A stretch of 63,443 nt of DNA, the filler included, from Folioceros fuciformis (taxonomy: Eukaryota): the NCBI GenBank assembly GCA_049999805.1. It is 5 parts of 5 records of this genome, joined end to end, with 100 filler letters (N's around TTAATTAATTAA, not from the genome) between each part and the next. Parts side by side here need not be neighbours in the genome. Positions count along the whole stretch, not along the records: positions 1 to 18,049 come from JBNGIO010004005.1; positions 18,150 to 45,159 come from JBNGIO010004006.1; 3 more parts are not named here. One strand, 5' to 3'. Each line of letters starts with the position of its first letter. Within the stretch, counting starts at the first letter, position 1. The notes under the pieces were generated by a model. It did no database searches. It was given only the letters and a program-made list of their open reading frames with translations, and was not told the DNA's origin. This document shows, piece after piece, positions 12,501 through 24,900 of the stretch. A program made the position numbers and the translations under genes.

Positions 12501-13898
12501 GTTGCACGCATCCCGGAGACTCAGACTTGAGCTTGACTTTCTTTCAAGATCCGTTTCCGTGACGGCGTTCATGCACGTCTGACAGTCTTGTCTTTATTGT
12601 TCCTAGATCGATCTTCTGTCAACGATACACCACAGGAAACTGGTGTCATTTGTCGGGTACTGCCAGGAAGAAAGGGAACTCGTTCTTCTGCATGACTACA
12701 TGTCTGGAGGAGATCTTCGAGCCCGGTTGTATGGTAGCTCCCAGTTTTGGCCCTCAACCATTGTTTGACTTACCCTCCCCAACTGTCTTTCCAACTATCT
12801 CCTTTCCTTCTGGTTCCAATTTCCCACAGCAACAATCTCCCAACTCAGTGCCTGGAATGTTGTGAGCTCATCGTTGTTGTGAGTTGTGCACTGAACGGCT
12901 TGCAGGTAGCAAATACGCACAAGACTCTCCACTGAACTGGACACAGAGACTTCGAATAGCCCTGGACGTTGCTTTTGGTAAATCCAGATGGCTACCCAAA
13001 TATTCCGTCCAGTTGGACTTCCCTTGCATCCTAGTGGAAGAGGTATAGTCTGACTCCCTGTGGGTGGGCAGGTCTGGAATATTTGCACCGTGGTTGCAGC
13101 CCAGCCATCTTGCATAGAGACGTCAAGAGCAGCAACATCCTTCTGAATAGCAAACTAGAAGCAAAGGTGGCGGACTTCGGGTTGTCCAAGCTCACAGTGG
13201 ATGATGACATTCCTGTTCAGACGACAGTGAAGGGCACGCTAGGATACCTGGATCCTGAGTGAGTTGTTTTCTCACCTAGCTCAACGAGCATGGAAGTTGC
13301 GCAAGTCCAGGAAACCCTCTGCAGCTGGTAATTTGTGGGAGTGTTCACAGGTACTACTTAACTGGCATGCTCACTGACAAGAGTGATATATATAGTTTTG
13401 GAGTGGTGTTATTGGAAACCTTGTGTGGACATCCGCCCATTTCAAAGGGAGAACACGTCATTGAAAGGGTGAGAGTCCTACCTTTCGTTTTGTCTGCATT
13501 TTGAAGATGTCCAGCAGGCAGTGATGGCTGTGCGTGCCAAGTTGATTTGGCAGGTGAGAGCCGCTATGAACCTTGGAGACTTGTCACCGGTGGTGGATCC
13601 GACTCTGCCAGGAAACAGCAAGTCGGAGTCGTTGTGGAAGTTTGCAGAACTGGCCATGCGCTGCGTGCTAGCTACTCGTTCTGAAAGACCTAGCATTGCC
13701 AGCGTGGTGAGCGAGCTTACTCACATTCAGGAACTGGAGTCCGCAGAACGACGAGGAAAATCGGTCCAGTCTCGGAGTCAGACGTGCAAGAACCTCCCTT
13801 CTAATCCCATTTCCGCCGTCATGCCCGGCTCCTCCTCCTACGTCGCTGGTCAGCCTTCCCAAATTTTCTGTGGGGATATAAAGCCGCAGCTCGTATGA
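9516..13898 (+). CDS. Malectin-like domain / GDPC / 3-LRR receptor-like Ser/Thr kinase (LRR-I type), 15 exons: 9516(or 9591)-9681, 9775-10064, 10180-10442, 10556-10852, 10958-11214, 11293-11407, 11505-11576, 11679-11750, 11857-11925, 12043-12463, 12607-12733, 12906-12977, 13072-13258, 13351-13468, 13554-13898
   Basis: All introns are GT-AG and phase-consistent. Motifs in order: signal peptide, [25 protein letters not shown], two 72-bp and one 69-bp LRR exons, TM helix, [46 protein letters not shown]. No stops found. Confidence 0.93.
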
Positions 13899-14215
13899 GC
13901 TTCTTGTGGCGGGGGCAGGTGCGTTTCAAGATTCTGTAGCGGCGCATTGTGGACCGTCTCTTGCACCTTGGATGCACATGCTCAGGGTAGGCAACCATTC
14001 AGTGAATCTGGAGATGAAAGAGCCCACCAAGCAGAGGGCACCAAGGCCTATGAAGAGCCTTTGAGGTTCGGCCCATGAAGCCTTTGAGGTCCAGCCCAGG
14101 AAAGGCCTCTGAGGTCCGGCCCAGGCTGAACGTACGTAAGTAATCATAGGCCTTATGCTCATTTATATAGTCCTAAATGTGGTGCACACAAACTCTAAAT
14201 ATGGATATTTTAACA

Positions 14216-17200
14216 TTCCTACTCAACACATCTTATCACTTATCCTATACATGCCGTATTTGGTTAATCCTAGCATCTTGTTAAACTTCACATGCTTTAC
14301 TCGGTTAACCCTAGCATCTTGTTAAACTTCACATGCTTTACTCGTTAACCCTAGCATCTTGTTAAACTTCATATGCTTTACTCGGGTAACCCTAGCATCT
14401 TGCTAAACTTCACTTGCTTCTCTAAAGTTAAACCTTTCGTAAGAATATCGGCAGGCATGTCCTCTATAGGATAATAAACTAAAACTACTTCCTTTGACTG
14501 GACTTTCTCATGGTCTGAGCCATATAGCTTCCATAGTTGCGGCAGAGGCTACCATATACTCAACCTCTATAGAGCATAACGCCACTGTAGGTTGATGCTT
14601 GCTACTCCATGTAATGACTCCCCCAAATAGTACAAAGGCAGACCCTGTGGTAGACATACGAGTATTGACATCTCCTGCCCTATCTGCGTTGCAAAATCCC
14701 ACAATACTGGCTTCTTCATCCTCCTTCTTTCGATAAGTCAACGTCCAATGTTTTGTGCCCTGCACATATCTGAGTATTCTCTTGATGGCTTGATAATGTT
14801 GTGGTTGGGGTTTGACCAAGAATTGGCTCGCAACTCCCGCTGCTTCTTCAGTGTCGGGCCTAGTGCTTGTCGCCAAATAAGTAAGGCAACCAACAATACA
14901 CTAGTAGAGATGCTTATCTACCTGTTCCTTCATATTGGGATCCGCCACTTGTGATAACTTCTTATTGCGGATCATTGGCGTTTGCGTTACTTTACAATCT
15001 AGCATCCCAAATTGTTCTAGTATACTCTTGCATATACGTCTGCTAACTTAGAGAGATTGCCCTATTGGTCCTATCTCTATTAACCTTTATCCCTAGAAAA
15101 TGATGTAGCTCCCCAAGGTCTCGTACAGCAAAGCTTTCGTTGAGCCCTCGCTTTGCAGAGGCCAGAAGCTCCTGATCATCGCTGACAATGACTAAATCAT
15201 CCACATACACGGCAATGATGATAACAGAAGCTCCCACTCCCTTCATATAAATGTTCCAATCTGCATTAGTCTTCTTGAAACCTCTAGACTGGAAATGATC
15301 AATTTTATGATACCAGGTAAGGGCGGATTCCTTTTGTAACTTACATACGTCGCCCTCACATCCACGTACTATTTAGCCCTCAGGTTGCTCCATGCAGATC
15401 TCTTTGTTCAGATCCTCATTCAAAAAGGCCATTGGCACATCTATATGATGTACCTCCATATCCAAGGCAGCGGCGATAGCAAGGAGGGCTCGGATAGAGG
15501 CTATCTTCACAAGAGGTGAGAAGGTATCGGTTTTATCCACGCCTAGAATTTGCGTATACCCTTTCCCTACTAGCCTCGCCTTGTAGAGCTCTATGCTGCC
15601 GTCAGCCTTCCGCTTAATCTTGAAAGTCCACCTTGATCTTATGCATTTTCTTCCAGGAGGTAGGGGAGTAATAATCCACGTTTTGTTGGTGATGAGGGAG
15701 TTGTATTCACTGTCCACAACTGCTCTCCATTCTTTTGCCTCTAGGCCTTCGAATGCCTCCTTCAAGCTGTGGGGTTCTCCAACATTTGCAAAACACACCT
15801 TCTCACATCCATTGATAGAGTCGATAAGTCTCTAAGAAGGCTTACGCAACCTGGTGGATCTACGTAATTCCGATTGTGGTGGTATAACATGATAGTCTGC
15901 TACTTCTTCAGAAACATTGGAAGTTTCACTCTTGCCCCCCTCGATGACACAATCTATATCTACAGCTAAGGGTAAGGCTTCAACAGCGTCTTCAACCATA
16001 GGGACATTAGGAGTGGCTCCCCCTTTCCCCCCTTATGTCACAAGGGTGAGAAGAGTTGTCAGACATTGGATCAGGCGGGTCAAGGTGGCAGCTAGTTGGA
16101 GAAGGCACACTGCTATCTTGGGCAGATTGAACATCTGAAGAGCCCACTCCAGGCATCATCTCGACAACCTCCTGAAAAACAACATCCCTGCTAAAAAAGA
16201 CCTTCAGCATAGTAAGATTGTATAACCTATAGCCTTTCATTGCATCTGAATAGCCAAGCACGAGACACTTCGTTCCATAAGCATCCCATTTGGTCTGGCT
16301 CTCCTTTGGGATATGAGTGTAGATCATGGAACCAAAAATCCTCAAATGTTGGATATCAGGTTTTATACCAAACCAAGCTTCCTCTAGAGTCATACTAGGT
16401 ACGGCCTTTGTCGGAACTTTGTTCAACACATAGGTTGCTGTCATGACAGCCTCTCTCCAAAAGGTGACCTGCAAGCCGCTGTGAAACAACATACACTTGG
16501 CTGCTTCTACAAGGCTCCGTATCTTCCACTCCGTGACTCCATTTTGCTGCGGGGTGTGCGGAATCGTGAGTTGCCGTTTGATGCAGTTCTCCTTACAAAA
16601 ACTCTAGAACTGAGAAGAAACGTATTCTCCTCCATTGTCGCTCCAAAGCATCTTAAGGCATTCACCACATTCAGTCTCGACCAGAGTCTTCCACTCCTTA
16701 AAAGTCTGGAACACCTGAGATTTCTCTTTCAAAAGGTAAGTCCATGTCTTCCGTATAAAATCATCAACAAAGATGAGCATGTAGCGATTCCTACCCTAGG
16801 TAGGGTTCCGCATGGGCCCGCTTGCGTTAGTGTGGACTAATTCCAGCGCCTTCTGTGCACTATGTGTTGCAGCTTTAGGAAACGTTGTGCGATTTAGCTT
16901 CTCCATCTGACATCCTGGACACAACTATGTTGCAGTAATCTCCGTCAAATCCAATCTTGTCACCATGTCATGAGTCATCACCAGCTTGAGTTTGTCCACT
17001 CCGATGTGGCCCAAACGATGATGCCATAAATCGACAGATCCAATGTGGTTGTGTGAACTGGCCAAGAATGTACAAGCTTGCTTTCTCATTGAAGCACAAA
17101 GTTTGTATAGAATTCCCAGAAGAACACCATGAGCAACCACATGTGATGGCTCCGCCTGTACAGGTTGAATGCGACAGCCTGCGAAGGTGAAGACGATTTC

Positions 17201-17513
17201 ATGACCTACATCTGCAATCTGCGCAACAGAGAGAAGATACCTTGCGAGATTGGATACATGATGCACATTCTCAATACATACGGGGTTACCGCCCTGCAAT
17301 TGAACGTGTAAGACTCCTTCCCCCTCGATATCATGTGACGTATTGTCACCGAGTGCCACTATATGGCCCTTTGACAGTCTAGTGTAGCCAGTGAATCCTA
17401 GAAGGTTGTAATTGAAGTGCTGAGATGCACCAGAGTCAAGATAAAGACTCTCATCCTTCGATGAAGTAACTCCATCGATAACCACGAAAGATTGTTCCTG
17501 TTGAGGTTGCTTA
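14216..17513 (-). mobile_element. pol half of copia element B (protease-integrase-RT-RNase H, decayed)
   Basis: YLDSGASQH, LWHHRLGH, RSDNGGEY, YKARLVGKGY, VYVDDL and RNase H ADRAGD...SSKHQ. A degenerate PPT followed by TGTTA at 14215 marks the 3' LTR start. A ~41-bp unit is repeated about 4 times at 14262-14415. Confidence 0.92.
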
Positions 17514-17742
17514 TGTTGAAATAGCACCACAGGCGTAGAAGGACTCCACTATTCCTTACTTATGGTGCACAGGATGCTACATATATTAGCCTTCAGATGG
17601 GGCAACCCTCGATAAGGTCAGCCTTAGTCTCGAGGGTGCAATATCCTAGTATATCCTGATATATCCTGATAACACTTAGGTGATGGATAACTACGAGTTC
17701 AATATGGGATAATCTACACTATCCTAAGTGTTGTATGCTCTT
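17514..17742 (-). repeat. Second LTR of copia A, preceded by TSD GCTTA and truncated by a further insertion
   Basis: Six substitutions and one indel relative to 4218-4445. GCTTA lies at 17509-17513. Confidence 0.9.
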
Positions 17743-18049
17743 GTGGAGGCAAAACCCCGGGCACTGATTGCCGACGGGTTCCACCTTTAGTGGCCACACT
17801 TATCCCACTGTCGTTGAGACATTGGGTTTCGTTCCCACGAAGAAGCGATGGGGTTCCTTGCTGCTGTGGATGGAGGGTCGGACTTGATCGACTCGATGAT
17901 GGATTCGAGGGCTCCCCTCTAGCTCCGATCAGGTGTAGGACAGGCCTCGCTGTCCGGCGGTCAGCTGCACCTCTCTTGGTGCCCACAAACTCACTCCAGT
18001 CTCTACAACGACCCTAACCTCTTAGATTTGCGACTTCCCTCACTCACTT
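17742..18049. mobile_element. Probable end of another LTR element inserted into the copia A LTR
   Basis: LTR homology stops abruptly and new sequence begins with TG (TGTGGAGG). It runs into the scaffold end. Confidence 0.4.
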
Positions 18050-18149
18050 NNNNNNNNNNNNNNNNNNNNNNNNNNNNNNNNNNNNNNNNNNNNTTAATTA
18101 ATTAANNNNNNNNNNNNNNNNNNNNNNNNNNNNNNNNNNNNNNNNNNNN
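18050..18149. other. Artificial scaffold spacer (44N-TTAATTAATTAA-44N)
   Basis: The same 100-bp linker, with stops in all frames, recurs at 45160, 56943 and 62106. Confidence 0.97.
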
Positions 18150-18415
18150 GATTAGACTAATGTGATTAGTCTGATTAGACTAATGTGATTAGTCTGATTA
18201 GACTAATGTGATTAGTCTGATTAGACTAATGTGATTAGTTTAACTAGACTAATGTAATTAGTCTAAGATTAGTGTCTAATTAAGTATCATTAGTTTAGAT
18301 TAGCTTAAGCTAATCTTCAGGAAGCTATGAGAGACACTGTGAGACCTCTCTTTCTCCTCTCCTCCTTGCCTCCTCCTCTCCTCTCCTTCACCATGTAGCT
18401 CCTAGCGATCCTTCA
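18150..18415. repeat. LTR fragment of the same family as solo LTR 5005-5242, with a 23-bp hairpin tandem repeat
   Basis: Shares TAAGATTAGTGTC..TAGTTTAGATTAGCTTAAGCT..GATCCTTCA. The unit GATTAGACTAATGTGATTAGTCT occurs about 5 times. Confidence 0.82.
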
Positions 18416-21400
18416 TGCTGCCGTCCACCTAGTCTGCACCTGGCAGAGAAATCTCAAGCTGTTCAAGCACAGCTGTGGCACGCAAGGCTTGGCCATGTTA
18501 ATCAATAGAAGCTGGTCAAGATGTCTACTATGGACTGCTACCGTGAACCCTTGCCCAAATGCTTCAAAGAACTCCCTGTGTGCGATGCTTGTGTGGTTGC
18601 TAAGCAAAAGGAGTTGCCCTTCTTGACTGCTCTTGCCTATCGCACTATGAACGTCTTGGACCTGGTGCATCCTGACATTTTGGTCAAGATACATGTTTCC
18701 TCTCTGGGAGGAGCGTTTTATTACCTTACGCTTACCGATGACTATAGTTGCTATTCCTTGACTTACCCTATGAAGGCAAAGTCTGATACTTTCCCCATAT
18801 TCCAGGAATGGGTGACTATGATTCATCGGCAAATTGGTCAACTTTTGTGCTGCTTGAGATCTGACAATGGCACTGAGTTTGTTCATGCTCCTTTTGAATA
18901 GTTCCTTACAGCACAAGGGATAGTCAGACAGCTCATTGTTTCGTATACCCAGCAATAAAACGGGGTAGCAGAACGACGTAATCAGACTCTCTTGGGCATG
19001 ACACGAAGTATGCTACCTTGGTCGGGGTTAAGTAAATCTTACTGGGCGGAGGCCGTTGTCACTGCCACGTATATCCTTAATCGGCTGATTACCTCTACCA
19101 TTATTGGGAAGACTCCATACAAGCTCATCTGGGGATGCAAGCCGAGTATCTTGCATCTTCGTGTTTTTGGTTCCCCTACCTACGCCTATGTTCCTTTTGA
19201 GCTGCGTAAGAAGCTGCATGATCGGGCCAAGCCTATGGTTTTTGTTGGTTATGGTGAGGAAGCTAAAGCTTATAAGCTCTATGATCCTCCCTCTCACCGA
19301 TCCATCCTTGCTCGAAGTGTCACGTTCAAGGAACTATGGCAGCCGGCTCAGCCTCATTTTCTGGAAGCTGTTCCCTCCTCTTCGACTGCCCCTACTAGCT
19401 CCTATACCCCTGCAGAGTTACCCGATGCCGCGGACTATTATGTCTTCTTAGTTTATCCTCAGGATTCGCCTGTTGCAACTTCAGGGGGTGACCTTGATGA
19501 ATTTGCTCCTGTCGAAGTTGTTGCGGTTGATCCTACAGAACCAGCTCCTGTCGAGGCTGCTGAGGTCGATTTTGGTGAGGACGAAGAGACCGATTCTGAT
19601 GTTGTTTGAGACCAGGATGTTGTTGATTCTGATCCAGTCGTTTCAGCTGATGAGGCTCTTCAATCTGCTGATGAGATACCTCCAGCATTAGTTTCTACTG
19701 AGCCTGAACGACGCTGTCCGTCTACAAATGGACCTTCTCGGGATCAGTGGCATGAAGGAAGTACCTTATGCAGCCCCTGACTGGCGAGCTCCACGAATTT
19801 CTTCAGTTCGTCGCAACCCTGTTGATTTTGGTACTGGTTATCCTCAAGAGCCTCGTACATATCAGGAGGTAATTACAGGCAAAGACAAGGATCAGTGGAT
19901 TCCTTCTATCAAAGACGAATATGATTCTCTAATAAAAAACAAGACATGGGAGCTGTGTCCCTTACCTGCTGAGAGGAAAGCTGTGAGCTGCAAGTGGGTG
20001 TTTAAGCACAAGCTTAATGCACAAGGCCAAATAGCTAGATACAAGTCTAGACTTGTGGCTCATGGTTTTTCTCAGGTTGCAGGTGTCGATTACTCAGAAA
20101 CCTTCAGCCCTGTAGTCAAAACTTAGTCTATTAGGCTCATACTGGCACTTGCATCTGCTCGAAATTGGGACTTAGAGCAGATGGATGTGTCTACAACTTT
20201 TTTGTACGGGGAGCTTGAAGAAGATATCTTTATGGAGCAGCCTGAAGGTTTTGTTGACCCTGAACATCCAACATGGGCATGTAAGCTGAAGAAGACTATC
20301 TACGGCCTAAAGCAAAGTGCACGTGAGTGGTATAAAACCATCGACGCTTACCTGAAGTCTATTGGTTTTCTCCAGAACCTCGCAGATGCCAACGTATACG
20401 TCTACTTTATGGATGGGAAAATGGTGCTGTTAGCTCTCTATGTCAACGATGCGATTCTAGCATCAGACAGTCGTAAGTTGCTAATATGGGTTAAGGAAAT
20501 GCTCCATAGACTGTATGATATGAAGGACATAGGAACACTTACTTTCGTGCTGGGAGTTCAGTTGTTGAGAGACAGATAGAATAAGCTCCTGGTCCTGCAT
20601 TAGACAAAATATGTGAATGAAACCCTCCAGCGTTTTCATTTAGACAATGCACGACCTGTAAACACTCCTGGCACCATTGGTTTCAAGCTTACCTCTGAGC
20701 AGTCACCCAAGGACGAAGACGAGACTGAAGCTATGTCCTTTGTCCCGTATTGGCACGCAGTAGGATGTCTGAATTATATTGCTTGATGGACACGCACGGA
20801 TATACAACATGCTGTAAGCTCTGTTGCTCAGTTTCTGGAACGACCTGGCAAGGAGCATTGGGGCGCTGTCAAACGCATCATGCGTTATCTCAAGGGCACT
20901 GCAACATATGGACTGTGTTACAGAGGGGGCGCACCTGATGGTTCTACACTTGTAGGTTACGCTGATGCCGATTGGGCCTCAGACCTTGAAAGTAGACGCA
21001 GCCTGTCCGCCTACAGCTTCTTCCTCTCAGGCGCAGCTGTAAATTGGAGTTCAAAGAAGCAGGCCTCTGTAGCTCTGTCCTCTACTGAGGTTGAGTACAA
21101 AGCTCTTACAGATGCGGCTAAAGAAGCCGAATGGGAGAGGAGTTTCCTGGCCGGTCTTTGTGTCTCATAGCCCCAACCCACTACAGTCTTTTGTGACAAC
21201 CAGTCCACCATAGCCCTTGTTGGGAATCCGCGCTTTCACGCACGCACGAAACACATAGAAATCTAGCACCATTTCGTGCGCCACTCTGTTGAAAGGAAAA
21301 TAGTCAGAATTGAGCATGTATCAACTGACCTTAATGTCGCTGATCTGCTCACGAAGACATTGCTTGGTCCTAAGCATACTTTTCATTTAGGACAGATGGG

Positions 21401-21915
21401 ATTGGTAGATCACACCAGTGTCTTCTCATCTCCAACCCTCACACGTTAGGGTTCTTCGAGTCTGGAGATTTTCCTTTCAGCTCTGACAACAGGTTGCCGC
21501 AGTTGAAGCTTCAACTTGATATCAAATCGCTGCACAGTTGCACTGATTTTATGCTGGCGAGAGGATATGCAATACCTCTGTCACCCAGCCTTAGGTGCTT
21601 TGTCACTCGCCCTGCTTCAACTACACGTCGTCCAGTTCCACTGACAACTTGCAGGTCGATCCTCAACCGCGAACTGTGGACGCTGAAGTGCACAAGTATT
21701 ACGAAACAGCTATGTCCTTAAGGGGGTGTGTTAGGATAAATAATCGTTGATTATTTATATGCTAAGTACATAGTCTTTCATATTTTAGATACACTTATAA
21801 AGTGAAGGGGCACGAAGCCCAATTGACATATACAACATACATTTTTGTTAATTATTTTATTATTCAGTCTACTTGCTGTGTTGCTAGGACTACACCTCTG
21901 CTACGTCCACAGCAC
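18416..21915 (+). mobile_element. Ty1/copia element C (integrase-RT-RNase H-3' LTR, decayed)
   Basis: LWHARLGH, LRSDNGTEF, WVFKHKLN..RYKSRLVA, YGLKQS and ADADWASD, with in-frame stops. PPT AAGGGGGTG is followed by TGTTAGG at 21729. The right LTR end is approximate. Confidence 0.92.
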
Positions 21916-21918
21916 TAA

Positions 21919-24900
21919 ATGAAGACTCTTGTCACATCTCATGTCACCAAGTTCCGCCACCTGCGAGCTCAAATAGTTTCCCTTGGCTGCAAGATGGACG
22001 AGGTAGAGGTCGTTGCTCAACTGTTGAGCAGCCTCCCTTCTTCCTATCAAAATTCATCTACACATAGAATGGACCCATCCGGACTGCTCATCAGGCATCC
22101 NNNNNNNNNNNNNNNNNNNNNNNNNNNNNNNNNNNNNNNNNNNNNNNNNNNNNNNNNNNNNNNNNNNNNNNNNNNNNNNNNNNNNNNNNNNNNNNNNNNN
22201 CCTCTAGCAGCGCCCAAGTGGACAGGGAACTGTAACTGGTGTGGTGCCGCTGGGCATGTGAGTGCCGCAAGAAGAAAGATGACGAACCACAGCGATCACA
22301 GCCCACAAGACCGTCAACGAACGTTGTTGTCAAGGAGAAAGGAGAGAACTCTAAGGCTACAGTGAAGATACTCATAGTCTGTATGAGGACTTCATCGCAT
22401 GGCAAAGATGACTGGTTCCTAGACTCAGAAGCTACTGCACATATCTGCAACAACTGATTTATTCTCTAGTTTGACAATGTATCGAATGGAGGATAAAGTC
22501 TTGCTTGGCAATGAAAGGAGTGACACTAGCCTCTAAGTCAAAGGACATGGGGAATGTACCTTCATTCTCGATGACAACACAGTTCTGAAGGTCGCCGGAG
22601 TTCTATTTGTACCTAAGATGGCCAAGAATCTTCTGTCAATGAGCAAGATCATGTAGCTTTGGACGTATAAGATACGTGTCGCTGATGATGCCTGCTGCCT
22701 TTACAGGAAGAATTCCTCTAGTGCATGTGCAGTTAGAGGCATCCTCGACCATGACTCGTACAGGCTAGAGTTGAGGTGTTCCCCTCACCCTGTAAGTCAC
22801 TCCTCCTTTACTATCAACATGAAAACAACTAGGTTAGCATCCCTGTGGCACGCACGTCTAGGTCATGCTAAGCGACACAAACTCATTGACATGGCACGGA
22901 TAGGTTGTCACAGAGAACCCCTACCTGCTTGTTTTAGAGACCTCCCCATCTGCGAATCATGCATTCTCGCCAAACAGAAGGAGTTATCATTCCCCAAAGC
23001 TGCACACAGAGCAAAGACTCTCCTTGCCCTTGTACATCCTGATATCTCAGGCAAGATCCACGAGCGGCTGTCTTTGGGTGGAGCCTTGTACTACTTAACC
23101 CTTACAGACGACTTCAATCGGTATTCTTGGACTATACGCATGCAACTGAAAAGTGATACCCTTTTGCACTTCAATCAGTGGCTTCCAATTGCACAAAGAC
23201 AATCTGGATGCCTCCTTAAAGTCCTGCGCAGCGACAATGGGACAGAGTTCGTCAATAATGCATTTTACGACTATCTCCAAGAACAAGGCATACAGAGGCA
23301 GCTTATCGTCCCATATACCCAACAGTAGAACGACATTGCCGAAAGCAAAAAACCAGACACTATTAGGGATGACGAGGAGCATGCTACTCTATGCTAGCTT
23401 ACCTCAAGAGTATAAGGCGGAAGGTGTAGTTACAACCACGTATATACTTAACAGGATACTCACCAACTTTGTCCCTGGACAAACCCCGTATGAGGTATTC
23501 TGGCATAGGAAACCGAGCTTGCTCCATCTCCGAGTATTTGGATCAAAGGCCTTCGCCTATATCCCTGCAGAAAAATGCAAGAAGTTAGAAGACCGAGCTC
23601 AAAGTCTCCTTTTTGTGGGATACAGCAAACATGTGAAGGTCTATAAACTCTATAATCCTAACACCCGATCACTGGTCCTAACACGCAGTGTCACCCTTAT
23701 AGAACCATTACACCCAATGACTACCAACCTCACATCTCCCAACCCTTCAGAGGGAGTAGCTGGAGAGGACAGTCCTGACACTGTCACCTTCCCTATAGAT
23801 GAGGAAGAAGACCTCTCCAACTTCCCATCTGAGGAAGTAGATGACACTGTCGAGGTTCCCCCTGCCATTGGTCCTAACCGTATAGTAGACATAGGTGAAC
23901 CAGTAGAAGACCTTGTAGATGACAAAACAACTCGGCTGATGAGGAGGATGCTGTACCCGACCCTGACCAGCACCTCGAACCAGACCCTGCTCCAGAACCG
24001 TTCCTAAGACGTTCCACACGCCATAGGCCACCCCTAGACCAGTGGTTAGAACCTTATTACTAGTCAGTTGATTTTCGCACTTCTTCAGCAGTCTTTGGTG
24101 CTACTCAAAACATCCTTCCTGCTGAGGAACCCTCATCCTACAAGGAAGCCCTTCAAGGCCCGGATTGCTCCAAGTGGTAGGCAGCAATGGAGGAAGAATA
24201 CTAGTCTCTGCTCAAGAACAAGACCTGGCAAATCGCTGACCTCCCACTTGGACGCAAAGCTATCTCCTGTAAGTGGGTTTTTAAACTTAAACTCAATGCT
24301 AAAGGGGAGATTGCCAGATACAAAGCTAGGTTAGTGGCAAGAGGCTTCACCCAGGTTGAGGGCCTGGATTACCAGGAAACATTCTCACCTGTCGTTCGAG
24401 CACAGTCCATTCGCATCCTGCTGGCACTTGCAGCAGAGTAGGACCTCGACCTACAGCAAATGGACATATGCACTGCTTACCTTTATGGGGACCTAGATGA
24501 AGATTTGTATATGGCACAGTCTGAAGGAAAAGAAGATCTTGAACAAACCCTAAAGTACTTCAACCGCTTAAATGCACATATGGTATATCACCATGCATAT
24601 TTACCAACTGAGTATCTCCTTCGTTCAAAGCACAGCAGACTCCAACGTCTACCGGCTCAACCGAGGAAGCAGCTTCGTTATATTGGCTTTATACGTCGAC
24701 GATGTTATCCTCGTCACAAACAGTAACACTCTGTTAGTTGAGGTTAAGCAAAAACTCAGCACTAAGTTTGAGACGAAAGACATCGGAGAACTTAAATACT
24801 GTTTGGGAGTACAGTTTTTAAGAGTACGAGAAGAAGGTTTGCTAATAGTTCATCAGCACAAATACATCAGTGATATTCTGCGCAAGTTTAAACTTGACGA

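Noticed and set aside
9516-13898. Calling the kinase SYMRK
   Set aside because: The architecture fits, but the kinase activation segment does not match SYMRK as I recall it. A phylogeny is needed.
18094-18105. Recurrent TTAATTAATTAA motif (also at 45204, 56987, 62150)
   Set aside because: It is always centred in 88 Ns, so it is an artificial linker. Adjacency across these points has no biological meaning.
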